Shown here: in pieces, positions 27,211 to 36,573 of the stretch
Layout: every line of letters starts with the position of its first letter
How positions within the stretch are numbered: the first letter of the stretch is position 1
Sequence record: DRR723986_5863
Length of the DNA stretch: 43,703 nt
Strand: one strand, 5' to 3'
Notes under the pieces: generated by a model
Databases searched by the model: none
Told to the model about the DNA's origin: nothing
Seen by the model: the letters and a program-made list of their open reading frames with translations, nothing else
Position numbers and translations under genes: made by a program

Positions 27211-27217
27211 GAGTGAT

Positions 27218-30200
27218 TTATTCCGCTGGCACAGTTTCGGGGTTGTGCCGTGTTTCCAGTAGCGAATGATGCGAGTCAGGTTTTGGCGAGAACCACCGAT
27301 GCAATGCCGGCATCACGAGCAGCGTCAGCAGAGTTGAAGAGACAAGCCCGCCTGTGACGACAGTTGCCAGAGGCCGCTGTACTTCGGCGCCGACGCCAGT
27401 CGCAAACAGCAAGGGCGCAAGTCCCAAAGCGGTTGTCATCGCCGTCATCAGAACGGGTCTGGCGCGCATCCCAGCCGCATCGATTGCGAGCGCATCCCGG
27501 TCCCGCCCGGCGCGGGCGAAATCATCCATGAAGCTCACCAGGACCATCCCGTTGCCAAGTGCGATACCAAACAACGCGATGAAACCAACCGTCGCGGGAA
27601 CCGAGACAGGCAGGCCTGTAATCCAGAGTGCGAGCGCGCCTCCGGTTAACGCCAGGGGGATGTTCAGCAGTATGAGAATTGCCGATTTAAGCCGTCCGAA
27701 TGTCAGTAGCAGGATCAGCAATACAATGCCGAGCGTGATTGGTATCACAACTGCGAACCGAGCATTGGCCTGTTGCTGCAATTCAAACTGACCGCCCCAG
27801 ACAACGCGGTAGCCTGCAGGCAGGTCAAGATTGGCGTCCGTCAGAGCTTGCGCCTCCGTTACAAAAGACCCAATGTCACGGCCCCGCACATTGGATTGGA
27901 CAGTGATAAAGCGCTCGCCATCCTCTCGCGTGATCTGGCGCGGACCAATCACGGTCTCGATAGTGGCCACGCTTTCCAGCGTGACACGTGCGCCGGTCGG
28001 CGATTCCAGCACCAAACGGCGGATGGCTTCGGCTGTATCGCGGCTCTCTTCATGAAACCGCACCACGATCGGGAATTGCCGAACGCCTTCAAACAGAGCG
28101 CCGGCTTCTGCGCCGCCGACCGAGGCCCGCAAGGCATCAAGCGCGTCCTCAACATCGAGACCATACCGCCCGAGGGCCGCCCGATCGACACGCACCACGA
28201 GTTGTGGCGCCCCTGTAATCTGGTCAGCTTGAACTTCAGCCGCCCCATCGACCTGTTGCAAGATGGCCTGTAGCTCTTGTGACTTTTTCAACAGGACATC
28301 ACTGTCCGGCCCGAAAATTTTCACGGCAAGTTCTGCGCGCGTCCCGGTCAAAAGCTCATCAACAGACATCGCGATAGGTTGACCGATATTGACGACAATA
28401 CCGGGCACGCCTTCGAGATTTTCCGATATCGCTGTGCGCAAGTCCTCCGGCGACAGGCCTTTGCGCCACTCCGACCTCGGATTGAGTTCAACAAAAGCTT
28501 CCGCACTATTAGTCGGGTCGGCGTGGGCCCCGACCTCACCGCGACCGATTCGGGTCACGATAGACTTGATTTCTGGAAAGGCCGTCAGAAGCCTTTTCTC
28601 AACGCGGGTGGTCGTTTCCGCCGCTTCTGTCAAAGAGATAGATGGTGCCATGGTCACGCGGAGCAGAACATCACCTTCTTCAAGCGAAGGGGTAAATTCA
28701 GACCCGAGGCGCGAACCGGCCAGTCCGCCCGCTACGAGGAGGACGGCGGCCAGAGCAATCGCCGCCAAACGCTGGCGAACGAAGAATCCGGCCGCTCGGC
28801 TGACCGTGCGGGCAATCCATCCCGGACGGTCCTCACGCGGCTTTTTGCTCCGGCGCATGACCCCATTTGCGAGCGAGGGCGCAATCAGCGCGGCGTAGAA
28901 CAATGACCCCGTCATGGCGAGCGCGGCGGAGGCTGCCAGTGGCCTGAAGGTTTTACCTTCCACGCCTTGCAGGGAGAAAAGCGGCAGAAAGACGACGATC
29001 ACTACCGCAACAGCGGCAATCAGCGGCGCAATAACTTCCGCAGCCGAGCGCGCCACAACATCTCTCTGATCGACAGACGGATCGCTTTCCCGGAATCCCC
29101 GGTCGACATTTTCTGCGATGACGATAGCCCCATCCACCATCATCCCAATGGCAATGGCGACACCGCCCAGTGACATGAGATTGGCGCTGATGCCGAGCCA
29201 TTGCATCGCGATGAAGGCAAAGCCGACGGAAAATGGAATAGAAAGGACAACAACGAGGCTTGGACGCCAGCCGCCGAGAAAGACGAAAACGACCAGAGCG
29301 ACGAGGAGCGCACCCTGCCAAAGCGCCGTTGTTACTGTGGCAGCAGCTTTGTTGACCAGTGTTCCCTGATCATAATAGGGCACGGCGTTGACGCCGTCCG
29401 GCAGGTTTTTGTTGATTTCCTCAAAGCGTGTCTGAACGCGCGCAATCACATCGGACGTATTGGTGCCATAGAGTTTGAGCACCAGTCCCGCGACGACTTC
29501 ACCTTCGCCATTGGCGGTGGCCAGGCCCTGGCGTACCCCGCCGCCGACAATGATTTCCCCGAGGTCGCGTACCCGCACGGGGCGGCCATCGTCCACATTG
29601 ACAACAATTTCCGCAAGATCTTCAACCGATCGCGCCAGTCCGACGCCGCGCACCGTATATTGCTCGGCCCCGATTTCGAGAAATTGTGCGCCTTCGGTCT
29701 TGTTGCCGCGCTCAAGGGCGGTCATCACATCACCAATCTGGATGTCGTAAGCCAATAGCGCGTCCGGATCGAGCCTGACCTGATACTGCTTTTCGTAGCC
29801 GCCCAGCGAGAGCACTTCGGTGACGCCGGGCACAGTCTGAAGCTGGTACTTGATGATCCAGTCCTGGATTTCGCGCATCTCTACAAGATCGCGCGCGCCG
29901 GTCTCATCTTCGAGACGGAAATAGAGAATAATCCCAAGACCGGTTGAGATCGGCCCCATTTGCGGATCACCAAAGCCATCGGGGATATTGCCGCGCGCTT
30001 CGGCGAGGCGTTCGCCAACAACCTGGCGCGCAAAATAGACATCCGTGCCGTCCTCAAAATAGATGTTGACGACCGAAAGTCCAAAGTTTGAGACCGAGCG
30101 CATATGGTCTAGCTTTGGCAAGCCGGACATGGCGGTCTCGATTGGATAGGTCACGTAGCGCTCCACCTCTTCTGGGGCGAGGCCTTCGGTTTCTGTGAAG

Positions 30201-30343
30201 ACCTGAACGAGTGAGGGTGTCACATCGGGAAAGGCGTCAACGGGTAGCGCCTTGAACGCGAATAATCCGCCAAGGGTCATGGCGAGCGCCGCGATGGCGG
30301 CGAGCAGCCGCCCTCCGGCGATACGGTGCATTAAATTTATCAT
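27218..30343 (-). CDS. czcA: CusA/CzcA-family heavy-metal RND permease
   Basis: LPVDAFPDVT, ANLMSLGG.AIAIGMMVDGAIV..EN, EGKTFRPLA, RPVLMTA, AEVQRPLA. Confidence 0.93.
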   Translation of the reverse strand: MINLMHRIAGGRLLAAIAALAMTLGGLFAFKALPVDAFPDVTPSLVQVFTETEGLAPEEVERYVTYPIETAMSGLPKLDHMRSVSNFGLSVVNIYFEDGTDVYFARQVVGERLAEARGNIPDGFGDPQMGPISTGLGIILYFRLEDETGARDLVEMREIQDWIIKYQLQTVPGVTEVLSLGGYEKQYQVRLDPDALLAYDIQIGDVMTALERGNKTEGAQFLEIGAEQYTVRGVGLARSVEDLAEIVVNVDDGRPVRVRDLGEIIVGGGVRQGLATANGEGEVVAGLVLKLYGTNTSDVIARVQTRFEEINKNLPDGVNAVPYYDQGTLVNKAAATVTTALWQGALLVALVVFVFLGGWRPSLVVVLSIPFSVGFAFIAMQWLGISANLMSLGGVAIAIGMMVDGAIVIAENVDRGFRESDPSVDQRDVVARSAAEVIAPLIAAVAVVIVVFLPLFSLQGVEGKTFRPLAASAALAMTGSLFYAALIAPSLANGVMRRSKKPREDRPGWIARTVSRAAGFFVRQRLAAIALAAVLLVAGGLAGSRLGSEFTPSLEEGDVLLRVTMAPSISLTEAAETTTRVEKRLLTAFPEIKSIVTRIGRGEVGAHADPTNSAEAFVELNPRSEWRKGLSPEDLRTAISENLEGVPGIVVNIGQPIAMSVDELLTGTRAELAVKIFGPDSDVLLKKSQELQAILQQVDGAAEVQADQITGAPQLVVRVDRAALGRYGLDVEDALDALRASVGGAEAGALFEGVRQFPIVVRFHEESRDTAEAIRRLVLESPTGARVTLESVATIETVIGPRQITREDGERFITVQSNVRGRDIGSFVTEAQALTDANLDLPAGYRVVWGGQFELQQQANARFAVVIPITLGIVLLILLLTFGRLKSAILILLNIPLALTGGALALWITGLPVSVPATVGFIALFGIALGNGMVLVSFMDDFARAGRDRDALAIDAAGMRARPVLMTAMTTALGLAPLLFATGVGAEVQRPLATVVTGGLVSSTLLTLLVMPALHRWFSPKPDSHHSLLETRHNPETVPAE

Positions 30344-30353
30344 TTCAAATGTC

Positions 30354-31688
30354 CTAGTGGCCGTGGCCATCGCCAAAGGCGTCTTTTTCGAGTTGAGCTT
30401 TGAGGGTGAAGGCACCGTCTGTCACGACTGCCTCACCCGCCATTAGGCCGGAGCGGATTTCAACAAACCCACCGGATTTGGTGCCTGTCATCACTGCGCG
30501 CGGTGCATAGCCGCCCTCGACAGGGACGAACACGGAAGGTCTGTCTTCAACCAATTGAATGGCTGCTTCCGGTACGCGCAAAACCTGCTCAGATGTGCCA
30601 ACACTGAGATCGGCCGTGACATACTGACCAGGTCGCAGTGTGCCATCCGGGTTGTCAACGATCACGCGGGCCGTCGCGGTGCGTGACGTTTCGCTGATGA
30701 CCGGCAAGACAAAGGCAATTGTGGACTGCGCAAGGATTTCACCGCTGTCGGTTTTGAGCGCGACAGGAGCGCCGACGCGAATGCGGGCGATGTCCTGTTT
30801 GTAAACGGCAATATCCGCCCAGACGACACTATCATCGACAAGGGTGAAGAGCGGATCAGCGCCCGCATCCCCGGCTGAGACCGTTTCACCCAGCGTGACC
30901 GTCCGGCGCACCACTGTTCCGGCTATCGGCGCGGATAGGTAAGCATTGGCATTATCGCCGTCAGCCGCCGTGGAAATGCGCTCCAGTGCGGCATGACTGA
31001 CACCTGCGGCATGGAGCTCATTTTCAGCCGCGTCACTATCGGCTTTGGCGGCTTCAAATTCCGCCCGCGCGGCTTGCAAATCGGCTTCCGAGGTGATCTT
31101 GTCCGCAAACAGTTTTTCCTCGCGGGCCAGCGCCTGACTGGCCAGAGCTTTGCGCGTTTCCGCCGTGAGCCAAGCGGCTTTCAGACCTGCGAGTTCACGG
31201 CTCTTGATCAGCGCCAGCGTATCGCCGCGTGCCACGTGATCCCCTTCGCTCGCATAGAGTTTGCCAATTACGCCGCTGACCTTGGGCGAGACATTGGCAA
31301 CACGATCAGCGTCAAAGCGGATTTCGGCCGGAAGGCTGAGAGATTGCGCAATCGCCCCCTCTGCAACAGTTGCTGTTTCAATACCGGCCTCAGTGGCCGC
31401 GTCCTGGGTTAGTTTTACAACGTCGCCTTCGGATTCACTATGATCATCATGGCCGTCAGGCTCGCCGTCACTTTCCGCATGATCGTCATGCTCATCATCT
31501 TGATCGGTCTCGCCATGGTCATCGTGATCCGCTTTTTCTTCGGCATGATCATCGTGATCATCGTGATCAGCGGTCGCGGCGGAGGTTTCGCTAGCGACCC
31601 GATTTGTATCCGGGGTTGCATTGCCGCATCCCGCCAAAATCACGGCCAGAACCATCATGGTCGTTGGCAAAATATGTGTCTGTTTCAT
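30354..31688 (-). CDS. czcB: CzcB-like RND periplasmic adaptor with His/Asp-rich N-terminus
   Basis: Lipobox LAGC, repeated DHDDH, APIAGTV, SRTATARV, LRPGQYV. Confidence 0.9.
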   Translation of the reverse strand: MKQTHILPTTMMVLAVILAGCGNATPDTNRVASETSAATADHDDHDDHAEEKADHDDHGETDQDDEHDDHAESDGEPDGHDDHSESEGDVVKLTQDAATEAGIETATVAEGAIAQSLSLPAEIRFDADRVANVSPKVSGVIGKLYASEGDHVARGDTLALIKSRELAGLKAAWLTAETRKALASQALAREEKLFADKITSEADLQAARAEFEAAKADSDAAENELHAAGVSHAALERISTAADGDNANAYLSAPIAGTVVRRTVTLGETVSAGDAGADPLFTLVDDSVVWADIAVYKQDIARIRVGAPVALKTDSGEILAQSTIAFVLPVISETSRTATARVIVDNPDGTLRPGQYVTADLSVGTSEQVLRVPEAAIQLVEDRPSVFVPVEGGYAPRAVMTGTKSGGFVEIRSGLMAGEAVVTDGAFTLKAQLEKDAFGDGHGH

Positions 31689-32977
31689 AGGAAGTCTCCA
31701 TTAAACGGGGCGGCACCGATCAGGCTTTTGAGACGCATGAGGTCCGCATTGAGAGCGCGCCGGGCGTCAATCACGCCGACGCCTGCCTCGATCAGCCCTT
31801 TTCGGGCATCGAGCGTGGTGGTGAGATCAAATCGGCCTGCGGCGTAACCTTGGACAGACGCGTCATAAGCTGAACGGGCCGCAGGTAGCGCCTCCTGTTC
31901 GAGTAGCGTCAGCCGGGCCTCTGCGGCACGCACCCGCGCGGCGGCGGCTTGTTGCTGCGACCGCAATCTGGCTTCAACGGCGACGGCACTGATCCGTTCG
32001 GCATCTGCGCGAAAACCTGCTGCGCGGGCGGCGTCGCGGTTGCGGTCAAAAAGTGGAATCGGCACGGTGATACCGACTAAGAGCGCATTGTCGCCAGTCT
32101 CTTCAAATTGGCGAACGCCTGCACTAACCGTGACATCGGGAACACCGGCTGCGCGGGCGGCGTCCTGCTCGGCGTCGCGGGCTGCTGCGCCAGCTTTAGC
32201 AGCGGCGAGCGCCGGGTGCTCATCAAGCCCGTGCGTCTTTGAGAGTATTTCGGTTTCTTCAGGCGATATGACGCGGGGCGGCCCAAAAACCGGCGTTGGG
32301 CTTCCCCAAAGCGCGGCGAGTTCATACCGCAGTTGACCGATTTCAGCGTCTGCGGCAAGTGCGGCGGCTTTGAGTGCAGCCGCATCTGCCTCGGCGCGCG
32401 AGCGCTCCGGCGGGGCGGCCGCGCCGGCCTCAACACGTTTCGCAACGGTTTCAGCCAAAGACACGGCGAGATCCGCCGACTCCCGTGCCAGCGCTGCGAG
32501 TTCTGTCGCGGCGATCAGGTCATGATAGAGCAGCGCTGCTTCTAGCTCGGTCTCTCTTAATATGACGCGGCATTCAGCGTCGGCGAGCGCTGCCCGGGCC
32601 CGCGCGGCACGCTCGCGCTTGGCTCTTTTACCTCCAAGCTGGAATGTCTGCTCAATGGCGAGCGTGGTTTCGGTTTGGTCAAACCCGTTGAGCGGTCCGG
32701 TGCCTGAGAAGTTTTCAATTTCCAGTCCGATTGACGGATTAAGACGGCGCCCAGCCTGATCGGCTTCGGCTGCGCTGGCGCGCGTCTCCAGTGCGGCCCG
32801 GCGGACATCCGGGGACGCATGACGGATTTGCATGAGCGCCATGGTGAGGGTCAGCGGCGCATCGGGCACGATGGTCGGCGCGCTGCCTGTTGGCCCGTTG
32901 CATGGGGCCGCGACCGCTGTGCCTGCTAAGGCAGCCGCGATCAGGACGCAGAGTGCGCCCTTTCTGAATTTTGGCAT
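31685..32977 (-). CDS. czcC: CzcC/TolC-family outer-membrane protein
   Basis: LNPSIGLE.EN, LGGKR..R, IPLFDRN; first gene of the CBA cluster. Confidence 0.9.
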   Translation of the reverse strand: MPKFRKGALCVLIAAALAGTAVAAPCNGPTGSAPTIVPDAPLTLTMALMQIRHASPDVRRAALETRASAAEADQAGRRLNPSIGLEIENFSGTGPLNGFDQTETTLAIEQTFQLGGKRAKRERAARARAALADAECRVILRETELEAALLYHDLIAATELAALARESADLAVSLAETVAKRVEAGAAAPPERSRAEADAAALKAAALAADAEIGQLRYELAALWGSPTPVFGPPRVISPEETEILSKTHGLDEHPALAAAKAGAAARDAEQDAARAAGVPDVTVSAGVRQFEETGDNALLVGITVPIPLFDRNRDAARAAGFRADAERISAVAVEARLRSQQQAAAARVRAAEARLTLLEQEALPAARSAYDASVQGYAAGRFDLTTTLDARKGLIEAGVGVIDARRALNADLMRLKSLIGAAPFNGDFL

Positions 32978-33051
32978 GGGGTGTTATTCCTTGTGATAAC
33001 CTGAATCGACATCAAACCCACGCGCAAAAGGCGCAGGCTCAGAGAGTCAGG

Positions 33052-33420
33052 TTAGGCACGCGGAGGACGATAAAGACCGTGAGGACCAGCGCGCGGAACG
33101 TGCTGGTCTGCGCCGGGGCGAAGCCCCGATGTAGCTGATAAAGCGTAAGAGAAGGTCAGGCTGTTCATACCCACCATATGCAAATGGCATGGCCCGCAGC
33201 TATGAGTATGATGTTTGTGGGCCGGGCGCTGCTCAGAATCATCACTTTCCGCATCACTGAGTTCGGCGGCATGATGCGCTTCAGTGTCTGCGGTCATACA
33301 GGCAATTTCTTCAGCGTCCACAGGATGAATGCCAGCCGCCGTTGCACCCATACCAAAGGTAACGCTGAGCATCAGCGCAAGCCAAAACCTGGCGGTGCAT
33401 ATGACGGTTACAATTTTCAT
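33052..33420 (-). CDS. CzcI/DUF2946-like small protein upstream of czcC
   Basis: N-terminal hydrophobic segment, HKHHTHSCGPCH, C-terminal PRAGPHGLYRPPRA. Confidence 0.7.
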   Translation of the reverse strand: MKIVTVICTARFWLALMLSVTFGMGATAAGIHPVDAEEIACMTADTEAHHAAELSDAESDDSEQRPAHKHHTHSCGPCHLHMVGMNSLTFSYALSATSGLRPGADQHVPRAGPHGLYRPPRA

Positions 33421-33474
33421 TCTTTCAAAGACTATCCTATTTCATTGTCAAAATCATTAAATCTATTCATTTAT

Positions 33475-33912
33475 TTAGTGCGGCTCAATGTCATGACCCG
33501 TCTTGATCGCAATGTCGCTGCATTTAATGCGTTCCCGAATATCGCCCTTGGCATTTCGGGTGACAAATCTGTCGGCGTCCAATGTCACAATATCGAGTTC
33601 AACAGCGGGTTTTGATTGCCCGCTGGGATCGAGCGGAAAATCATTATGGGTCATGGCGAGCACGTCGCCTCTGCGGTCCCAACTGCCAATCGCATGGACC
33701 GGGCCTTCGGCGCTAAGGAGGACGAGCACGACCCCATCCGATGAAAAATAGGTGATCGGAGCGGTTTCACAGGCGTCGCTGTCAGTCCCGCTGGCCCAGG
33801 CTCCGAGCGGCTGTGGTGTCTCAGTGACTAGATCGGCAGAGCTGGCGCAGCTTGCGACGAGCGCAAAGGCGGCCATTGCGAGGCCAATGCGAAGTGAATC
33901 AAATTTGATCAT
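33475..33912 (-). CDS. Hypothetical lipoprotein under a MerR-type promoter
   Basis: Lipobox-like VASC, C-terminal His residues; MerR operator directly upstream. Confidence 0.7.
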   Translation of the reverse strand: MIKFDSLRIGLAMAAFALVASCASSADLVTETPQPLGAWASGTDSDACETAPITYFSSDGVVLVLLSAEGPVHAIGSWDRRGDVLAMTHNDFPLDPSGQSKPAVELDIVTLDADRFVTRNAKGDIRERIKCSDIAIKTGHDIEPH

Positions 33913-33916
33913 GTGG

Positions 33917-33948
33917 ATTTTATAACCCCTACAGTGGCTGTAGGGGCA
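33917..33948 (-). promoter_or_regulatory. MerR-type promoter/operator
   Basis: Minus strand TTGCCC-20 nt-TAAAAT with CTACAG-CCA-CTGTAG dyad in the spacer. Confidence 0.82.
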
Positions 33949-33973
33949 AGCACTTTCTTAAAATCGATATTGT

Positions 33974-34432
33974 TTAGAGCTTTGCACCTATTTGGGTGGA
34001 GATCGAGCCTGCATCATGCGCGTCAAGACAATGGGCGTGATCGCCCAGACTTTCGAGGACTTTGCAGGTTGCTATGCTGCCGCCCGCGCAAGCAGACACC
34101 ATGCGTTTTAATTCGGCTTCCAGTGCTTCGAGTTGGGAGAGTTTCTGGCGCACGTCCGCCAATTGGCGCCGGGCAATGACATCCACATGGGCGCAGTCTT
34201 CACCGGGCCTGTGCTGCAAATCAATCAGTTCGCGTATGGAGTCGGTCGGGAAACCGAGATCGCGGGCATGTCGGATAAAGGACAGGCGCTGCACCGCGTC
34301 GTCGCCATATTGCCTTTGGCCGCTGTCGCTTCGGTCCGGCGTGCCCATGAGCCCGATGGATTCGTAATAGCGGATTGTCGTGACCTTCACCCCTGCGGCT
34401 TTTGACAGCCGGCCAATCGTCATCGGTTTCAT
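33974..34432 (-). CDS. MerR-family metal-responsive regulator (CadR/PbrR/ZntR-like)
   Basis: TIGRLSKAAGVKVTTIRYYE, FIRHARDLGF, Cys at EDCA and CAGGSIATC. Confidence 0.93.
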   Translation of the reverse strand: MKPMTIGRLSKAAGVKVTTIRYYESIGLMGTPDRSDSGQRQYGDDAVQRLSFIRHARDLGFPTDSIRELIDLQHRPGEDCAHVDVIARRQLADVRQKLSQLEALEAELKRMVSACAGGSIATCKVLESLGDHAHCLDAHDAGSISTQIGAKL

Positions 34433-34451
34433 GGAACGCCTCCTTGCGGGC

Positions 34452-34482
34452 TTGCCTCTACAGTCACTGTAGACTGTAGAGT
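34452..34482 (+). promoter_or_regulatory. MerR-type promoter/operator for the cation transporter operon
   Basis: TTGCCT-19 nt-TAGAGT with CTACAG-TCA-CTGTAG dyad. Confidence 0.85.
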
Positions 34483-34515
34483 TTAAGAAATCGAGTCGAA
34501 TTGGAGACCTGATCC

Positions 34516-35160
34516 ATGTCCGGATGTTGCGAAGACAAGCGTTTCGACGGCGTGTCGCCTGCCTACCGGCGCGCCTTGCTGGCGGTCATCGCGATCAACG
34601 CCGTCATGTTCATTGTCGAAATGACAGCCGGAATGATGTCGGGCTCTCAGGCCCTCAAAGCCGACGCGCTCGACTTCGCAGGCGATACGGCGACCTACGC
34701 GCTCAGCCTCTTTGTTATCGGGGCGAGCCTGAGGACGCGGGCGCTTGCATCGCTGATCAAGGGCGCTTCGCTCGCAGCGATCGCGATCGCCGTCCTCGGC
34801 ATGACCGTGTTGAGGGTCATGAACGGCGCGCCGCCGGAAGCAGGAACCATGGGACTGGTCGGTTTCCTGGCGCTGTCCGCCAATGTCGCGAGCGTGCTGA
34901 TACTGTTGCGCTGGCGCGACGGCGACAGCAATGTGCGATCGGTCTGGCTTTGCTCGCGCAATGACGCCATCGGCAATGTCGGCGTGATCGTCGCTGGCGG
35001 GGTTGTCGCGCTGACCGGAACGGCCTGGCCGGACCTGCTTGTCGCCGCCCTTCTGGCGGGCCTCTTCCTGAAATCGGCGAGCGCCATCACGCTGCAGGCC
35101 ATGCGTGAACTTAACACAACCGGCGCTTCGCACGCTCCTCAAGGCGGTTCCGCATCATGA
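34516..35160 (+). CDS. Cation diffusion facilitator-type transporter (short, no C-terminal domain)
   Basis: MSGCC, SQALKADALDFAGD, SVWLCSRNDAIGN, WPDL. Confidence 0.9.
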   Translation: MSGCCEDKRFDGVSPAYRRALLAVIAINAVMFIVEMTAGMMSGSQALKADALDFAGDTATYALSLFVIGASLRTRALASLIKGASLAAIAIAVLGMTVLRVMNGAPPEAGTMGLVGFLALSANVASVLILLRWRDGDSNVRSVWLCSRNDAIGNVGVIVAGGVVALTGTAWPDLLVAALLAGLFLKSASAITLQAMRELNTTGASHAPQGGSAS

Positions 35161-35609
35161 GCCTGCGCATTCCACCTGTTGTTCAGGTCCTGATCTGCGG
35201 TGCGTTCGGCTGGGGACTGTCCTCTGTCACGCCCTTTTTGGCGTTCGAAGGCGTGTGGCACTCTGCGGCGGCGTTGCTTTTCTTCTTTGCCGGCATGGCC
35301 ATTCTGGCGCTGGCGCTCGGCGCATTCATCCGCGCCCGCACAACCGTCAATCCGCTCGCGCCGGAAGAGGCAGAAGCGCTTGTCACCTCCGGGCTTTACC
35401 GGATCAGTCGCAACCCGATGTATCTGGCAATGGCGCTGGTCTTGACAGGCGGCGCGTTTCTGATGGGCAATTTGTCCGCTTTCGTAGCTCCAATTCTCTT
35501 TGTCTGGCTGATGACTGAGTTTCAGATCAAAGCGGAAGAACGCGCACTGCAGGCGAGATTCGGTGAAGCGTTTGACGCCTACCGTATCCGCACGCGGCGA
35601 TGGATTTAG
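35157..35609 (+). CDS. Isoprenylcysteine carboxylmethyltransferase/PEMT-family membrane protein
   Basis: TTVNP, LVTSGLYRISRNPMYL, QIKAEERAL..RFG..Y...TRRWI. Confidence 0.88.
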   Translation: MSLRIPPVVQVLICGAFGWGLSSVTPFLAFEGVWHSAAALLFFFAGMAILALALGAFIRARTTVNPLAPEEAEALVTSGLYRISRNPMYLAMALVLTGGAFLMGNLSAFVAPILFVWLMTEFQIKAEERALQARFGEAFDAYRIRTRRWI

Positions 35610-36193
35610 GAGGCGCGCCTGTGTTCAATACACCCCTATGGATGGAATGGCTGGCGTTCGGATTGTCAGTGACCGGAGCGGTAGCGATCTTTTCGCTGTG
35701 TGCGGTATCGCTGTTCCGACGCGATTTTCAGTTTTTTCCGCCTCCGGAAAAACGGAGCTGGCAATACCGGACGTTCTGGGCCTTGTTTCGTTTGTTTCTA
35801 TATCCGCTTATTGCGCTCTCCATCCTCGTTTTTGAGCCGGCTGACGAGGCGGGGGCTATCGCCCGGCAAGGTGTCGGCGGCGTGCTGGCGGTCACGGGAA
35901 TTGGCCTTGCCTTCTGGATCTCAATCCAGATGGGATGGCGCAATGCCTTCGGCGAAGCGCGGGGGCTGGTGACAGATGGCTGGTTCCGTTTCAGCCGCAA
36001 CCCGATCTATGTCGTGACCTGGCTTGGTCTGCTGGGCTGGGGGATCATCTTGAACGATCTGCGCGTAACGTTTCTGCTGTCTTTATGGGCAGCGATGTAC
36101 TGGCTCGCTCCGAGGATAGAGGAGCCCTGGCTGGAACGCCAGTACGGGGATGAGTATCGCGCCTATAAGCAGCGAACGCGGCGTTTTTTCTGA
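35600..36193 (+). CDS. Second ICMT/PEMT-family membrane protein
   Basis: LVTDGWFRFSRNPIYV, EEPWLERQYGDEYRAYKQRTRRF. Confidence 0.85.
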   Translation: MDLGGAPVFNTPLWMEWLAFGLSVTGAVAIFSLCAVSLFRRDFQFFPPPEKRSWQYRTFWALFRLFLYPLIALSILVFEPADEAGAIARQGVGGVLAVTGIGLAFWISIQMGWRNAFGEARGLVTDGWFRFSRNPIYVVTWLGLLGWGIILNDLRVTFLLSLWAAMYWLAPRIEEPWLERQYGDEYRAYKQRTRRFF

Positions 36194-36573
36194 GGGCGGT
36201 GTTCGCCTGCTCGATCAAGGAAAGGGCGCCCCGGCGTTCGCCGGCCGGGCTGGCGTGAACCAGGCCATCGCTGCGCGCCGTCCCGGCCCTTCGGGTTTTC
36301 ATCCCTGGCGCAGTTTTGATGCAGTCTTGTGAGGGATTCGGACGGCGCTGGCGCGCCGGCATGTTTGCTTCTTTTTTCCTTCTCAGGCGGGGGCGGAGGC
36401 GCGCATGCCAGATGGCGGCGCTCCCGGAAGGGGGGCGGCGTTTTCAAGATTCTCTTTATGTTTGTGGCCTCCTACCTGACCCCTTCCGCTCACGCCTGAG
36501 GCCATCTGGCCAGCGGCCTCTCACCGCCCCCGCCTTGCGGGAAAAAAACGCGGGAGTTGGAGAGGAGGCAGAG

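Noticed and set aside
31440-31570. ATCATCGTG-type repeats
   Set aside because: They encode the His/Asp-rich linker of CzcB.
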